Assembly: GCA_000182565.2 (NCBI GenBank)
Contig: KQ257458.1
Source of the DNA: Spizellomyces punctatus DAOM BR117
Lineage: Eukaryota
Length of the DNA: 64,000 nt
Direction: 5' to 3' (one strand)
Position 1 is the first letter of the stretch; each line of letters starts with the position of its first letter. Positions 39,199 through 54,757 of this stretch are shown here, piece after piece. Made by a program: the position numbers and the translations under genes. The notes below the pieces were generated by a model. That model was given only the letters and a program-made list of their open reading frames with translations, was not told the origin of the DNA and searched no databases.

Positions 39199-40550
39199 AC
39201 ATCCTACACTAGAACGAATTAACGCACATTTTACGTAAATAGAACTACTATAGTTTGTATTAGATGAAATTCATGTGAAAGATTTTATTCAATATACCTG
39301 CCGCGTACTAAGTTTCAGCAAACGTATTCTGCTAGTAGTATCCTACAGAACTAATGCTATATTCCCTCACGAGGTCGATCCAAGTCATCTGGCCCAAAAC
39401 TGTCAGGTAGTAGATCTTTCAATTTATACTTTCGAAAGCTGCCATCCGGTTTAAAATTGTACACCTTAACGCAAGCATGAGCTATCGAGGAATTCTCAGG
39501 AGGGATCTAGTGGCTACGCACCAAGAGTTCCTTGCCCCACTCAACCATAAACTGTCTGCATATCCCGCACGGAGATATATATGCGTCTGTATCCCTTTTG
39601 CAGATGTCAGGCGTGCACATAGGATTCGGTGATCAAAGCGAAAATGGACAAACGTTACGTCGTTACTCCAACTGCGATAAACCTGTTGTCACCGTCGCTC
39701 TAAAACGGCCGCTCAATGTCACAATAACGAACTTGGATGCTCTTCCATAAATCCTACATACCACAGCTTTGAGAAACGCAGTCTGCTCCGCGCATCTTGT
39801 TGCCCCTATGAATCTGAACGTATCAGGTTCCTTCCGCAGCTGTAACGCCAAGAATCGGCTCCCGCTCACCATAGGAGGCGCTTTCCACGTTGCACCCTGA
39901 AATCATACTCCAATTAACACGACCGTTGAAACCAGAGTGAATTAGAATACATACCCAACCAGATATTGCCTGACTTCGCCAATACAGCAGCGCCGACGCG
40001 GAACTTGCTATAAGGCGAATACGATCTTGTCTTTGCTAATATGGGTCAAAGCTCGTTCGCATGAAAGTTTACTGGAATATGATTCACGGAAGTACCTACC
40101 AACACTCGCTAATTCAAACAGCCTCTTCTCAAGATCTTGTGTGAGCTCACCTGCGCGTTCGAGTTCTTGAAATGTCACCTCTGCTCTTCGTTATGCCCTT
40201 TCACATACCGCTTTCCAGAACCTTTTTGAGTACGTCTGTAGGTACTCGAGCATTCGGAGACGATATCGCTTGCACTGACATATTCGCAGTAATTCCGCGC
40301 GCGTGGCAATAAATGGACGATTGTAAATGCAGCACTTCCCTTCAGGGTTGAGCCACACTTCTCGGAGTTGGGTGATGATGTCCGCATTTTGTCTGGACGC
40401 GTTTCCGTGCTCAGACCTTTGTCCAGCATTTGGAGATCACCAGCTCACATTTTGTAGATCCCGTCCCGGGGAAATGCCTATTGTCACATAGGAACACTCT
40501 TGAGACTTGGAACTCAAGTTGTTAAAGGGTCCCTTTACAATATCGCTTCT

Positions 40551-43500
40551 ATGGCCTCTTCGGATATCGTTCCAACTATCCCCATTCGGGTCATTCTTCG
40601 TGTATGTTCGACTCGGCAATTTGCTGTCACTTTGTTTTCTAAGATATCTAGCATCATACTTTTAGGTTCGTCCAATAGAAAGTGAAACCGCACTTTCCGT
40701 TGACCCCCCCTCTAGTTTAACTCTCCGTACCCCCGCGCTCCGAACCTTTTCCTACGATGCTGTTTATGACTCCACTGTGGGCCAAGAGGACGTTTGGGAC
40801 GGGGTGCGGGGGGCCGTGGAAGGGGTGTTGGACGGAATAAATGGAACCATTTTGGCTTAGTAAGTCTCTCGACATCGGGTCCCATATACTTGGGATCGGT
40901 TGCATAACTTCATATACAAGTGGGCAGACAAGTAGCGGGAAAACGTTTACGATGGGATCGGATCACACTGGTAGCGTGGGAAATGAGAGAAAGGGTATCA
41001 TACCAAGGGCTGTTGAGTGGATATTTGATCGAGTTGAGGTATATTAGAACTGCCAGTGCGCGCATGTAGATATGACTCTAAAGTCGTGAAACGTAGGAGA
41101 GAAAGCGCACGGATGCAATGGTCAACTACGCAGTCAGAGTTTCATTTCTAGAGATATACCAGGAACAGGTACGTATTTTTCTAGTTGATGTTTTAGAATC
41201 AGTGGTTAATCCGGGCGCTTTTGATCCTGTATTGCGGATCACCGTATCCAGATCCGTGACCTTCTCATGCCATCCAGTGATCCAAAAGATCTATCTATTC
41301 GAAAAGATAAACATGGCGTCACAATAGTTAGTGGGCTATCACAAGTCATTGTATCAACGGCGGAAGAAGCGCTGGGGTAATTTGCGGTAATTCTCCAGTT
41401 AAGGCTCAATACTAAGGAAAAAACAGGCTTTTAGAGTCGGGCGCCATCGAGCGTACTACAGGAGACACGCAAATGCATCTCAAATCTAGCCGCTCCCACG
41501 CTATATTTATGCTGATGGTTGAGCAGCTGGCACCGGATGGCGCAGCCCTGCGGGTATCAAAACTCTGCCTTGTAGATCTAGCTGGTAGGGAACCCATTCC
41601 TCAGGCTTTTACTTCTGATGGTCATCTTACGACAAGTCAATTACTTCTTGTGATAGGGTCAGAAAGACTGAAGCGTACTGGAGCAGCGGGTATACGGTTC
41701 AAAGAATCTGTCAAGGTAAAACGGAGTGGCCCCACATCCCTCCTTTTATACATTGATAAACCCCCATCACTCCAATAGATCAACACTGGTCTCCTTGCCC
41801 TTGGAAACGTAATTAGTAGGTTGGGTGACGGGAGTCCGATCAAAGACAGACACGTACCGTACCGTGAATCAAAGCTAACAAGGTCAATGAGAAGCGGGAA
41901 AGTGTTGGTGATTGGAGACTTAACCCTTTCTTCATGCTAGGCTGCTACAGGATTCACTTGGTGGAAATGCCAAGGTTCGTTTGTTTCCCGCTCGGGTTAA
42001 AATGGTTTTCGAGGACTGTACTCACTCTATTCGGTAATCCTGCAGACGGTGATGATTGCGTGCGTTAGGTAAATAGTGGCAATACCGCTCTTCGTCTTAA
42101 ACGCGCCCACTCGCATGTTTCTACACCATATCTTACATGGTTGCTAATATACCATTTCCTTTTGCACATTTTAGTCCGGCGGTTGAAGATGTGGACGAAA
42201 CTCTAAATACACTCAAGTTGGTACCTCACCAATAGGAACTTCCGGATTCAGTTCCCTTATTGGCTTGTTCCTCAATTTAGATATGCCCATCGCGCGCGGA
42301 AAATCCAAAACAAACCAATCATCAATGTCATTGACCATCAGGCAGTTAAAATGGTCTCCATGCAAGAGAGAATCGACTTGCTTGAAGGGCGTCTGAAGGG
42401 ATTCAAAGAGGCAAAACCGGAGGATGTTCTCGTAGATGATGACGAAGACGATACGGACGGAGAGTGGATGAAAGGATTTGTCGAAGAGCTGAGAGTACGC
42501 ACCTCCAAAGCAAATCGTAAGCACTGGTCTGGTGCAAAAGACCATCTTCCGTGTAGTTAATTATATCTTTCTCTGTATCAGGCGCTCTTAAGGAACTGGA
42601 AATAGTTACTCGGGAAAGAGATGCATTAGCTGAGCGCATCACAGAGTTAGAGGACCATCTTCGCGTAAGCATAACCATGACACCTACATCGCAGAATGGG
42701 CTTCATGCTTGGACGGATTGTAGGATGAGTATTCCGAACTACAAGCAAGCCATCAGGAAGAATTAGACGATCTTCTTCAGGAACGCGAGGTTCTAAATCA
42801 ACGTGTGGCAGAATTGGAGACAGAGACGCAGGTGAATACGCGCCACGTCCGCCACAATTATACTCTTGAGATCCTTACCCGCCCGCTCCACAGAATCTAA
42901 GGACGGAGAAAAATGAGGTCGTTCGCGATGCCGGCTTACTTGTAGATGTGGTGGTGGGGATCCTAAGTGGCCAAAATGTTCAAGTTGGGGACGGTGTCAA
43001 AGGCGTAGTCAAAAGATGGAGGCCAGATTCGGGGTATGTCCGTATTTTTATGGCATTAGGCGGAATATCCATGACTGCAACGCTGTCTAATACTGGCCGC
43101 ATCTTCAAAGGATTTGTTTGGAGAGATTCGATAAGCCCAACGATGCGGAGAATGCACAGTTCGCTGGTACCGACGTTCCCTGGCCAGGCTCCCTGATGCC
43201 GCTGAGTCAAAGTAACCCTGAGGTACGCTCAACGTATTTTGAGTCTCTCGATTCGCCGGCATCGATTACATTAACCGCTACTGAAAAGACGCCAGATATA
43301 ACCATCTCACGCCCGTCATCTGCCGGATCTGGATCTGGCCGAGGGTATCAAAGGCGAAGAATTCGGAAAGTAAGGTATGGGATCCTTTGTACCTAACCAG
43401 TTCTGATACACCGTGGCTTATTGCTTTTGCTACGACAGTATGCCAGATCCTGCCAATGCCGCGCTCATCGATCGCCAGCACGCGGCTATCAGACGGCTAG

Positions 43501-46496
43501 AAGACGAGTTGTTTGATAGTGAGGCGGAGGTAAAACGATTAAGAGGTTGCTTGGACGAGCTACGGGAAGAAAAAGGACGAATAATTGAGAGAATGGAAAG
43601 GTGGGTAGAGTTTAACGATCCAGGCACGTTGAGATATATGCTGGAAACTAATACATGCTCAAAAGAGTTAATTCTGAAGTCATCATGGAAAACGATGCCT
43701 TACATGCTGAAGTTGAACGGTTGCGGAGATCGCGGGACCATGCTTCAGTTCCAAACGAGGATCATCCTCCCGATGACGCTAAGATAACTGATGTTCCAGG
43801 CGAAGCTGACCGCTCCCCGGATGAAACCGTGAATGACGAGAGCATCCAAAAGGCTAGTAGACGCTGGCCCCTAGACCCAGAAAAGCTGATGGATGAGATA
43901 TGGGTCGAGAACGAACGATTAAGCAGAGAGCTGGACATGGACGACCAGACCGAGTCTGACGCCTTCATGAACGAAGGCTCAGATGCTGACGAGGTTCGCT
44001 TTGTTATTGTCCACGCTGGTCCTCATTCGGACAATAACGTTTGTAACGATATATCTGCAGGACGACCGCACGGAAATCGGCGACGAAGAAGACGTCCCTC
44101 AGTCGAAAAACAACACTGTATATGACGCTGAGAACGAAGGATCGGATATGTTCCCTGTACACACAAGGTGAGCTAGCAAATGTGAGATCAAGTAGGTCAA
44201 TTTAAAGTAAAGTTTCGTTCACCGTCCCCAGCGAGAATCACTCGTTCCCTCCTGTTCCCGATGCTCAGATCGCAGAGGCAGCACCCGTTCCACAAGCTCA
44301 AACCCAGCTCCTACGAGAGCTAGAAGTTGCGAATAAAGCTAGAGTGGAGGTAGCAAGAGACTTGACGAAAGCTCATAAGCAGTGGGTATCTTGTTTGCGT
44401 CGGGTATCCGGTTGAGTATTGGATCTCATCCGCTGCAACAGAGCTGAGCGTCTACGTCATCACCATGCGGAACGGATCCAGAAACTTGAACGTGAACTCG
44501 ATCACGCAAGATCGGAGATCACAAAGACCCGATATGAAGTTGGAGAGAAAGAAGCTGCGAAAGAAAAGCTGAAGGACGATTACGAACGAAAAGTTAAACA
44601 GTTGGAAACTCAGGTAGGGACCCTGCATCTTCATTGTGACGATGCAGGTCAGCTCATATAAAATGTTGTCTTTAGGTTTCCAAACTAAAAGCCAAGCAGA
44701 AAGACTGGGAGAAGCTTAGCAAAGAAAAAGAGTTTGCGGATCGCAAAGCGCAAGATTTAAGGGAAGAAGTGACCAAATTAGGACACCAAATTGCTGCATT
44801 GAAAAAGAAGATTAAGGAAGGTGAGAACTCATCTCGAAGTTTGCGTTGCTGCACCTTATGCATGACTGGCCCTGATTCACGTTATTCCAGAATCAGAAAA
44901 GGCAACTGAATTAGATTCTCGGCGTGCGAAAGAAGTTGCATCTTTGAAGAAACAACATGAAGAAGATAACCGAAAGATCAGGCAATTGGATCAGCAAAAT
45001 GAGGTTTTACGAAAGAAACTAGATCGGAAAACGGAAGAGATGTCGGCGTTGAAGGGACGGAAGGATGGCAGAGCAAAGAGTGCCGGTCCAGAATTGCCGG
45101 AGAGGTAAGTTCAAGGACTTTATATGATTGTCGCTGGTGCGAGAGTATCGTGGTGCCAACATTGCGACTTCTTCCTTCAAAGACGGTCGAAGGCCGCTGA
45201 TACACGCCACGAGAAGGCCGAGGAAACTGTATTATCTCAGGATGCTGTTGAGCCACTGGAAGTCAATGCGGAACATATCGTGGAGATTGAGCGGTCATTG
45301 CAGGCGCGAGCAAAAGAAATGGAGGTAATTTAAATTTTAGATCATCTATCGTCACAAGCTTTGTATTGAGTTGTCGGGTAGAATTTTAAGCAATATCATG
45401 CCATCAGCACACAGCTTCGAGAGCTGAGACTCGCTGTAGGTGGTCTCGACAGAGAGCTGGAGGAGGGGGAGCTAATTTTGGAGGACCTGAGCCCAGAAGT
45501 AAGTGAAGCCAATCAAGCACTATCGTGTGTACTATCATTGACAGGCGTAGGATGAGATGCGACAGGCCGTCGAAGAGCGTGTGGAAGAAATTAGACAAGA
45601 AAGGGACGAGTTGGCAGGGCAATTGGAGGACCTTAAACGGGAAAAGAAGAGTGCAGAAGGTATGGGCCTGTGTCCGCCACTCACATCGATTAGACATCAT
45701 TGGAACTTACTATGATCTTCATACGCAGCGTTACTAAACACGGATGAGTCAAAAGACGAACAGGTACCTGATGATATCGACTACAAAGCGCTAGTAAGGG
45801 AGTTTGGAAACAGAACGGAGATTGTAGAGCTCTGTGAAGATCTGGTAAGGACCAACTTCTTCTGATTTTTACAGTGGAGCCTGCGTTCATAAATGACGAA
45901 TTGCACGATAGAAATCTGCGACGCTGCCTGAAGCTCGGTCTCTGGTGATCAATTGCCTCCGTGAGCTGTCACGGCTGCAGAATCTCGTGGACGAAGGAAA
46001 CACTGAAATGGGCAATGGTCGAACCGAGAGTCAAGTGCGTATCATATTAACTAGCCTTGCTTTCGATAGCCAGCTTTTAAGATGGATTATTTTTTCATTT
46101 CCACAGAGAAATCGTCCTGTGCGGGACATTGAGACGCAAACAGACAGGTTAGTGTTACCTAGTGAAACGCATTTCTCTTTACTCATTGCCTAAAGATAGT
46201 CCGTTCTGCAGCTCCATCAACGCGCAAGACGCTGAGAAGCTCGCCCATGATTTGGCAAATTACCGAAAAACAAATAAAGACCTCCGAAATAAACTGAAAG
46301 AGGTCGTTGCAGTAAATCACAAACTCGCTGCGGCATTAGAAAAAGAGAGAAGGGACAGAAGACAGGGGTGAGATTGATGATTTCTCCTGATGCACACAGC
46401 TTCGACACTAACGCGAACTCGGTGGGCAGAGGTGACGAGCAAGGTTTTCGGATAAGCGCTAATGTACGACCACCGCAAAATGTGAACGCAGTGTAA
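40551..46496 (+). CDS. Kinesin motor protein, kinesin-4-like (N-terminal motor, long coiled-coil tail), many exons
   Basis: P-loop [69 protein letters not shown], followed by coiled-coil exons. Subfamily assignment is inferred. Confidence 0.88.
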
Positions 46497-47016
46497 AGCA
46501 TGCAACGAAGAAGACCAGTTCACCAGTATTAAATTATATTTTTATCTGTACAAAATAAGAGTGTGATTGTACAAAGTCCCAGGCAGTTTTCTAAAAGTAC
46601 TTCGTGACGTCCTCCAGCATTAATGCGTGGCCTTAAGACACCACGTCAAATATACCAGCGCACTGCATTGGCGCACGAATTTGAGTTAATATCGCAGTAG
46701 CCCACATTAGATCTGGAGTGCCAGCACGTTTGTACAAATCTATGCATTGTCGGCTAAGTGGCGTTGAAGGATTACATTACGTTCATAGAGAGCTCGCACG
46801 CAATTGAGTAAACCTGCAGCTAACATTGGAGCGCTAGAGATCCTGAAGCTGTCGAGATCACGACATCCGTCCGACAGCTCGCGGTTCGAATACATTCTAG
46901 CATTAAATGCGGTTAACAATGAAATTCCCCGATTCACAATGTGTCATCAGAATCAAAATGTCCGCTTTCGTTAGCTTTCGCTCCGCTCGTCCATCAAAGT
47001 TATCCAAGAATTAACA

Positions 47017-47574
47017 ATGTCGGCAGCGTTTGCAACGCCGGGTAACCGAACAATCATCATTGGCGTCGATAGTATAACCAAGCACGGCATCCAATCGTCA
47101 CCGGTTCTCGCATGGTCTCTCCGCCAGTTCCTTGTGCCCGGGGACTCTATTACCGTTGTGCACGCGTCAAAGCAGCTTGACTCTAGTGCAGCAGGGCATT
47201 CAGGATACACCAATGTCATGACCCCAGAAATGCTTAAAACATTAGAGAGGGACGTTGAGTCAGTTGTGAGGGAAATGTGCAGAAACTTTTTTGCGGCTGC
47301 TAAGGAAGAGATTAAAGTCAAGGCGTCCGTTGTGAAGGGTGACCCAAGAGAGGTCATCAAGGGTTTGGCGAACGATATCAATGCAACAGCGGTTATCGTA
47401 GGTCGGCGTGGAAGTGTTGGGGCCGTCAAAAGGTGGGTAGCATGCATCATTTCAATCCCGTCTTCCTTCTTGCTGACTTGACGCTGCTTCCCCTGAAGGG
47501 TCCTCCTAGGAAGTGTATCCGATTATCTCGCTCGCGAATTGAACTCGACAGTCATAATTGTAAAAGGAGAATAG
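47017..47574 (+). CDS. Universal stress protein (UspA domain), 2 exons
   Basis: RTIIIGVD...GDSITVVHA...KGDPREVI...VIVGRRGSVGAVKR|VLLGSVSDYLARELNSTVIIVK. Confidence 0.9.
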
Positions 47575-47809
47575 TCGACTACATAGATGGTGTGATAATA
47601 ATTGGGGTTTTCGCTGGGGAGAACAGCATATTTGATTTTGTGGAGCGGAAGTCCTCGTTTCGCACTGGTGTCAATATGGATAACAATATGATGTTGAGTT
47701 TGTATGTGTGAACAATATGGAACGCTTAAGTGAACTTCGGGTAAGCTGGGCTGCTGGGGTAAGCTTTTTTTACCTACATCTACAGTGTTGACGAAATGAA
47801 CAAATGAAT

Positions 47810-50800
47810 TTACAAAGTTTGCCATCCGCCTCTATCATAGCTCTGCTCAATCTTTCTCGCCACATAGCTGGGTACGCCATGAGCTAACCACAGCTTACGG
47901 ATTTCGTCGTACCGTCGCTGGTTGAGATATTGTGGACGTCCGCGCCTAAGAATTAAATAGCCATGTCAGCAACCTGTATGCTGACACTGTGATGCAATCT
48001 AGCCAAAAAGATCATATCATTACCGTAGCCCAAGGTCAACCTCCCCATGTGCGTCCAAGTATGGAGGATTGATGAAAAAGCCATTGTCACAGTGCAACAG
48101 CAGGACGACGCATTTTTTGATGATGAAGTAAATACCGATGCCACCGCCGCATCTAAGGATATATGTATAAACTACAGTATAGGGCAAAATAAGAAGAGGC
48201 AAATGAACACTTACATCCTGGCATGTGTATTACACTCGCCCCGGTCATCTTCTTGACAGCAGAAGCTTTGGCTACACACAAACAGCCCACATATTAGGCA
48301 CAGAGCGGGATCAGAGGGAACTTGACTGCACTTGCGACACACACGGCGCAGGCTCTCTTCAAACAAGGTGTCAAGGCGGTATGGAAGTGAGACAAGTTCA
48401 CGGATTGCGGGATCAGGTAGAAGAAGTATCCGGGAATCATAGTTCGGCTGAGACATATTATCGCGATGGCTTGGCCCGAAGGACGGATCACCAAATAGTG
48501 ATGGATGTGGAGGGCCGCCGAACAGATCATCGTCAAAGTGCGTTACATGCGTGCACCATCCCGCTATGAGTCGGTTTAAAAATCCGTCATTGATTGTCCT
48601 TCTCGAACAGAGCTCCCACAAAGATGGCAGATGAAGAAATCTTCTCAGGCGTTCGAACTCTTCCTCCTCTTCTCCTGTTGTAACATCGCTCATTTCGTCC
48701 TCGGCATCAGGTGGCACAATGCCAAATCTCGCCCAAATTGTAATCACCAGGAATCGCAAAAATACTAGGGCGATTCTGCGTACGATGCCAGCTACCATCC
48801 CCATGTTAAGTCTGGCCATAACGGCATCCCTTATGTCTCCACGCATTTTTAAATTCTCACAAATCCAATGAACAAACATCCGCATCTCAATCTCTTCGTC
48901 CGATTCAGATTGTCCTTCATCCCTCCCTCTCCGGCCCAAGTCTGCCACGTCCGCCCATTTCTCACCTCGCATCCCTACACTTTCCACAATTCCGCTGATG
49001 GCCTTCACCACTTTGGCCACAAAAAAGATTCCACACCACTTAAATACATCCTCCATCTCACAAGTTCCGAAAGCTGGGAGAGTGGTAAAGCACAGTTGAC
49101 TAAAAGCGTTCTGGAGATCAGCGAGTAAGAATGGCGCCAAGTCACCATCTTCCATTTTCACCAGATCTGACGCATCACAAGGGATCTCCACAAACCCGTA
49201 AAACACGTCTCGGACAAGATCCGCTCCACGCTCCCGTACCCTCGCTTCCATATCTTCAGCTTGAATTACCAAATTTGTGTAGGTTAGAATACACTCGCTA
49301 AAGACTCTCAGCAGCGTCAAGGAGTGTGGACTCATTGCATCGATAACACCTATTCGCGGTTGACCGTTTGGTGGACGCTGTTCCACTTTAGAAACAACAC
49401 CGCGGCTCCCTATCTCCAATGCGGAAACCGTGTATGCGAATGCATCCCACATGACATCGAGTCCTTGCATTTGAGGTTCTGCATTTTCGATCTCGATGTC
49501 TAGCTGATGATCCATTTGCCGAAGTACACGGAGGAATCGCACGAAAACAGGTCGGAAGTCGTTCAAATTTGCCGAATGCGCGACATATGTAGAATGGTCC
49601 CCGCCTATGTCCCGCCGGTTTCGTGGAAGCGAGTCCGCTATGAACGGAGAGACAGTCTGGCGAAATCTTTGAGCAATTCCTCCTGGTTCTAATGCATGGA
49701 GAAGCGCTTCGTCGGATTCCTCCGGAGTTGTGGTCGACATGCTCATGTTGCTCGATGTATACTCCATTTCATCCGTATTATCTATGTCCATCGCCTTTCG
49801 CTTCGTTCCTGCTACAATTGATTCCCTTACCCTCCGCGCAAATTGACCAAGCTTTGAACTGTCCCACCAGCCTTGCAACCCGTCCAGCGCACCGGACCCG
49901 TTATGAGCACTCTCAACGCGCACCCAATTGATTTTTTCTTTCCTTGCGGTCCACAGTACAGGAACAAGGCAATTTCCTAAGCTTTTACATAGCGGACACA
50001 TATACTCATGGCGATCCAATTGCTCCGGGTGATTTCGTGTTGGTTGTGCCGTTTGACGCGCTTGCACAGATGCATAATACTGCTGGAAGCAGTTTACATG
50101 CATTACATGACCACAGGTCGAAATGTGCAAACCGGGTGAGAATATATCGTGGGAGATGGGATACCCAGAGAGCAGAGGACGTAATGACGACGCCATCCCG
50201 GGGGAGGTGCTCGATGGCGACCCTGCGGCCACATTGATTGACGACGATTGGGGTGACTGTTTACTTGGGGAGGATGTTCCCGATGTGGGTCGACTCCATG
50301 CTACATCTAACGAAGACTGCGTCCTCAGCACACCGGCGACACATTCTGTATCACCGAAGTCAATGTGCCGTTGAATTTGACTAGGTTGTACGAGACCCAG
50401 TAAACCATAGGTGTCCGTGCCTTTGTCCGTGTCTTCCTGGCAGAAGATACACGGTCCAGATGGGAACTTCCAGGATCTATCGACGGACCACTCCTGCTTG
50501 CCACCTTGGACCCACAAATCATCACCAGTGTCCCAGTCACCGGTGCCTTCATCATTTTCGTTTTCCGCCTCCTCCATCTCATCGCCATATGTCTCCATGA
50601 AGCTTTTCTGAGCTTGTGCAAATTGTGCCATAATTGCAGCTTGCCGCGCTTTTGCCGCAGCTTTGGCGGCCACCTTTTTGCGTTCGCGCTCGTCACTGGC
50701 GCTGGCAGTATCAGAAACTGGGGTCCCTGCACGTTCGTTTATGGCATGTTGGCGATATTCAGCAATGACACCTCGCGTAAGCTCGCTCCCTAATTCTTCG

Positions 50801-53800
50801 AAACTTCGCAGTAGCCATCTCAGCCGGGCAGTGTGCTCTTTGATTTCTTCTTCAGTAACCCGATCCATTATGTGCAACAGGAATTGTAGCAAGGTCATCT
50901 GCTTAGCTTCTCTGCTTTCTCCTGACCGTGTACCGATAGGGACACTTATTTGCACTTCGGTAACAAGATCGATGAACCGAGGCAGCTGCATGTCGGCACT
51001 GCCGGTTCCCCTCTCCATTCTCTCCACCTGTACTCCCAGCATCAACAATCGAATTGCTTCAGCTACCAGTGTCGCACTCTTAACCCCAGCCACATCGATG
51101 ACTTTATCGTCCGGTCGCCCTAATGTGTTCCACAGCGCGAAAAACAGAACTCGAACAAAAGCTTCGCCTTTTACCAAGTTTCCAAGAGCCTGATGCCCGG
51201 TAGTTATAGGTATTGGTTGCAAGCGAGGTGGTCGGATATAGTCCTCCTCCGCCAGTGGACCGCGCTGTGGACGTTTCCCGGCTCGTTTTGTTAAAAGCTC
51301 CTCCATCTCTTCGCGTTGGTTGCGGGTGTAATGCCAGAACCACGGATCGACCTCTTCATAATACTCTGGCTTCAGTTCATATGTTCCATGGTCACTCATC
51401 CCTTCTGGAAACGTGAAATCCGACAGTTCGGCGAGGACATCATCGAACGACTTCCCATGTGGACTCTCCGGCGCGCTATCTACTAGGCGTTCGGGTATAC
51501 GCTTTTGAAGTTCAGAATAAGCAAGACCTTGAGGCTGGACAGCAAGATGATGTATAATCTCTCGTCTCATCTCCTGCTCTAGTGAATGGGCACAGATTCT
51601 ACTCCGCTCTGTCAACAAGACGATCAAGAGGTGCAAGAGATCCTCAGCAAGATTGGTGAGCTGCCCAGGTTCCAATGCTGTGAGAGCTGCTGCCTCCCGT
51701 ACGCGACCTTGGAACCATGAGACAAGATCAAACCGATCCAAAACCGACGTGATGAACATGTCCGGCCCAACCAAAATCGAAAAGACTTGAAGGAGATACA
51801 AATCCTGGTCATACGATTCTCGAAGCGTGTTTTCACGATAATGCAGGGCCTGGGAACGAATATTGAACCCATTACGAACCCATATTCCAGCACGAATCTG
51901 TGCAAGTAGCACCGTTACTCGCAAGGGAAAGTCCATTATCCTGCAAACACGCTTCAGGTCGACTCCCGAGGCTGGCGCTGGGTGTTCGCTGGTTGACGCG
52001 CCTACACTCTTCAATAATGGAACTATTTTCGTCTCATCGAAGAGGTGATACAATGCCTTCGCAGCAAGTTCCGCGTTTCCAATCTCCTGGAGCACCCTGG
52101 GAACGTGAGCGAGGAGTTGCGCTAAGAACCAATGTAGGGGGTGGTGAAAAGATATAGGCTGCGAAGCAACCCTAAAAAAGGGAACTCTGAAAGGTTTGCC
52201 TGGAACGACTTCAACCAAATGCAATCCATCTTTTCCAGGTATTCGTCGGTCGTGGTTAACTCCAAGTCCCGCAGCTTGTCCTTGTTGCAAGAGGACTTTT
52301 TTAATCTCATCCATTTGCTCCATCTCGCACCACACAGTCAACACAGCAAGAGTGGATGCTGTCGCAGTCTGAAGCTCACTATAATCCCTTGGCGAGTTCC
52401 CAGTTGGTCCCAGGCAATCAGCAGCAAACTTGATTTGTCGTCCAACTTGCAAACTAAGGTTGAAAGCATGCACCCAATGTTCGTCCTCATATTCCACGTG
52501 CTGTCTCGTATAACGTTGTTGTGGATGCATGCCTTGCCAGACCCGACATATATCGAGGAAGCCGCGCACAATGTCGGGATTTCCGCGAAATACACTGTCT
52601 TTTGCTCGATGAGTCGTTAGGAGGTACCGAATGTCTTGAAAAAGATGCCAATAGCGTCTATTCCTTGCGGCCTCTGATTCACATCTGAGCTTAGGATAGT
52701 GCGGGCGGATATCGTAACGGGCCAGCCGTACCGATCCGTTAAAGTCTTTCAAAGAATACTGGGATGGAAGGACATCAGAGAGGTAAAATGCTTTGAGTAT
52801 CAGAAACTGGGTTGAGAGCAGATTGGTATGTGTTGCCAGATATTGTGCTATGGTGGGTACGGTGAAGAGTTGCACAGAAAAGTTTATGATAGAAAGCTCG
52901 TACTCCCGGTCGTGGAATAGATAGGAATTGGCGATCCGCAGGTAATTGCGGGCGAATCGGAATCCTTAAGAATAAAGATGAGATTGTGGAAACGGAGTTT
53001 CTTAAAGGTCCTAAACTCACCCATGACTCTCTTGTACTCGTCCCCACTCACAATCATAGTTCCTATATACAATTCACGTAAGGAATTTCGAGCCTCTTTC
53101 CATAATTTTACATCGGCTAAAAGAAGGTGGTCGATCCTCAATCGTTGCCCTTCTTGGCTCCGCGCCAAATATCGTCGTGCTTCGACTTGAGCATCCCGCC
53201 TCTCGTTATTTATATTGTCATTCATCGCATGTGCCTCCTCCGCAGGATCCAGAATAGCAACATCATCCTCCTCTTCTGAAAGAGTTGGTGAAATCATACG
53301 CCCAGTGAATCGGACTTTGATTTGTCTTCGATTTGCACACATTTCTTCACAGATTAGACGTCGGACCATTGCATCAATAGGCTCGTAAGTCACATCAGTC
53401 ATCCGTCTCACTCCCACTACCTGCTTCGGCAAGTTCTTCAGCCATCCAATCAACACCCCCACTACTTCCTCCCGAAAGGTCTCTCTGGCGGATCGGATCG
53501 ATACAGTCAGCCCAATCTGTGATATGATGCGCGCTATACTCAGCAGGCGCGGCAATTGTGAAGATACTTTGACCACTTGCCGCCCCTTCAATTTGCAAGG
53601 GTGAGTATCAGATATCTGGCATTTCAATTCATAACATCGCCTTACATGGAAGTCTACCGCTTCCGCAACCCCTTTAGCCTCATCATCGTCCACACGAACA
53701 GCTTCCATAACTTGATCAATGACTTCTTGAAAGGAGTGCGTTTCATCGTTCCATAGGACACAGGCAAACTTAAGCTGAGGTTGGCCTAAGCCATCTGGAG

Positions 53801-54757
53801 TTGATTGCTCTTGCGTTTCGGGTGGGTTTGCTTCTTCAATTGCTTCGGTCGATGCTGGCAGAGTTAGGTCGACTGGTGCCTCCATCAAAGTGTCAAGAAT
53901 GAAATCGAAGACCGTGGCAATGGTGGACCGTATTGGTGCTATGACTTCCTATTGGGAATCAACGATACGTCTCAATTACTGCGTATCAGAGGAGGTTTTG
54001 CAGAGTCATACCTCAGGTACTTGAGTATAGGAAGGTGCTATATCTGCTACATTGTGCTGGTCAGAGGGAGAAAGTGATGATACAGACGGGTGCAAATAAT
54101 GGTAGGTGCAATTGATGGGCACCCTCCACGCTTCTGGATCCCCACAGTCACAGCAACCTCCGGTACCCGACGCAATTGAAAACGACGTGTCGTGTCCCTC
54201 GTGATTAGTCGCATGAAAGCAGCGAGAGCAGAATACACAAGTCTCGTCTAAGGCGCAGTTTCTAATCCAAGAGTTGCAGGTTCAGCAATCTTGCGCATAC
54301 CGCCTGGTATATAACAAGCGAGCTTCAACCGAGGAACTAACCTGCATCGATATACGGCTTCGCCCCTCTTAAATACATGCCCACAAGCTTTCCCTCTCTG
54401 TGACTCTTGATATTCTGGTGGTAAACTCGCAGTTGCATTTGCACCAATGATCTCCGTAATTGAAGGCTCGACCGCTACTCTCGACGTCACAGCCGCCCCC
54501 GTTTCCGTCTCTTGAAACACACCCGGTATTGACGAAGTCCCAAAGAGGAGTTCCGGTGAGCCATTAGTCCCCGCACATATTCTCTTGTTCAGCGACAGTA
54601 CGATCTCTTCCGCAACGTCATCGGGTAAGGGGAGGTCGTAGGTATGGCGGAACGGCGACTCATGGAGATAGGCATATAGTTGATCATCAAAGTAGGGGAG
54701 ATCGGAAAGTATCGAAGGAGGCGGAATGTAGACTGGTTGCGGATTGTGATGTTGCAT
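47810..54757 (-). CDS. UBR1: E3 ubiquitin ligase UBR1 (N-recognin)
   Basis: UBR box (CGHVFKRGEAVYRC), ClpS-like VLWNDETHSFQEV, GIWVRNG, RING-type CIFCQE...STCGHVMHVNC...YMCPLCKSLGN, C-terminal PALCLICG and RGRPQYLNQRRY. Confidence 0.94.
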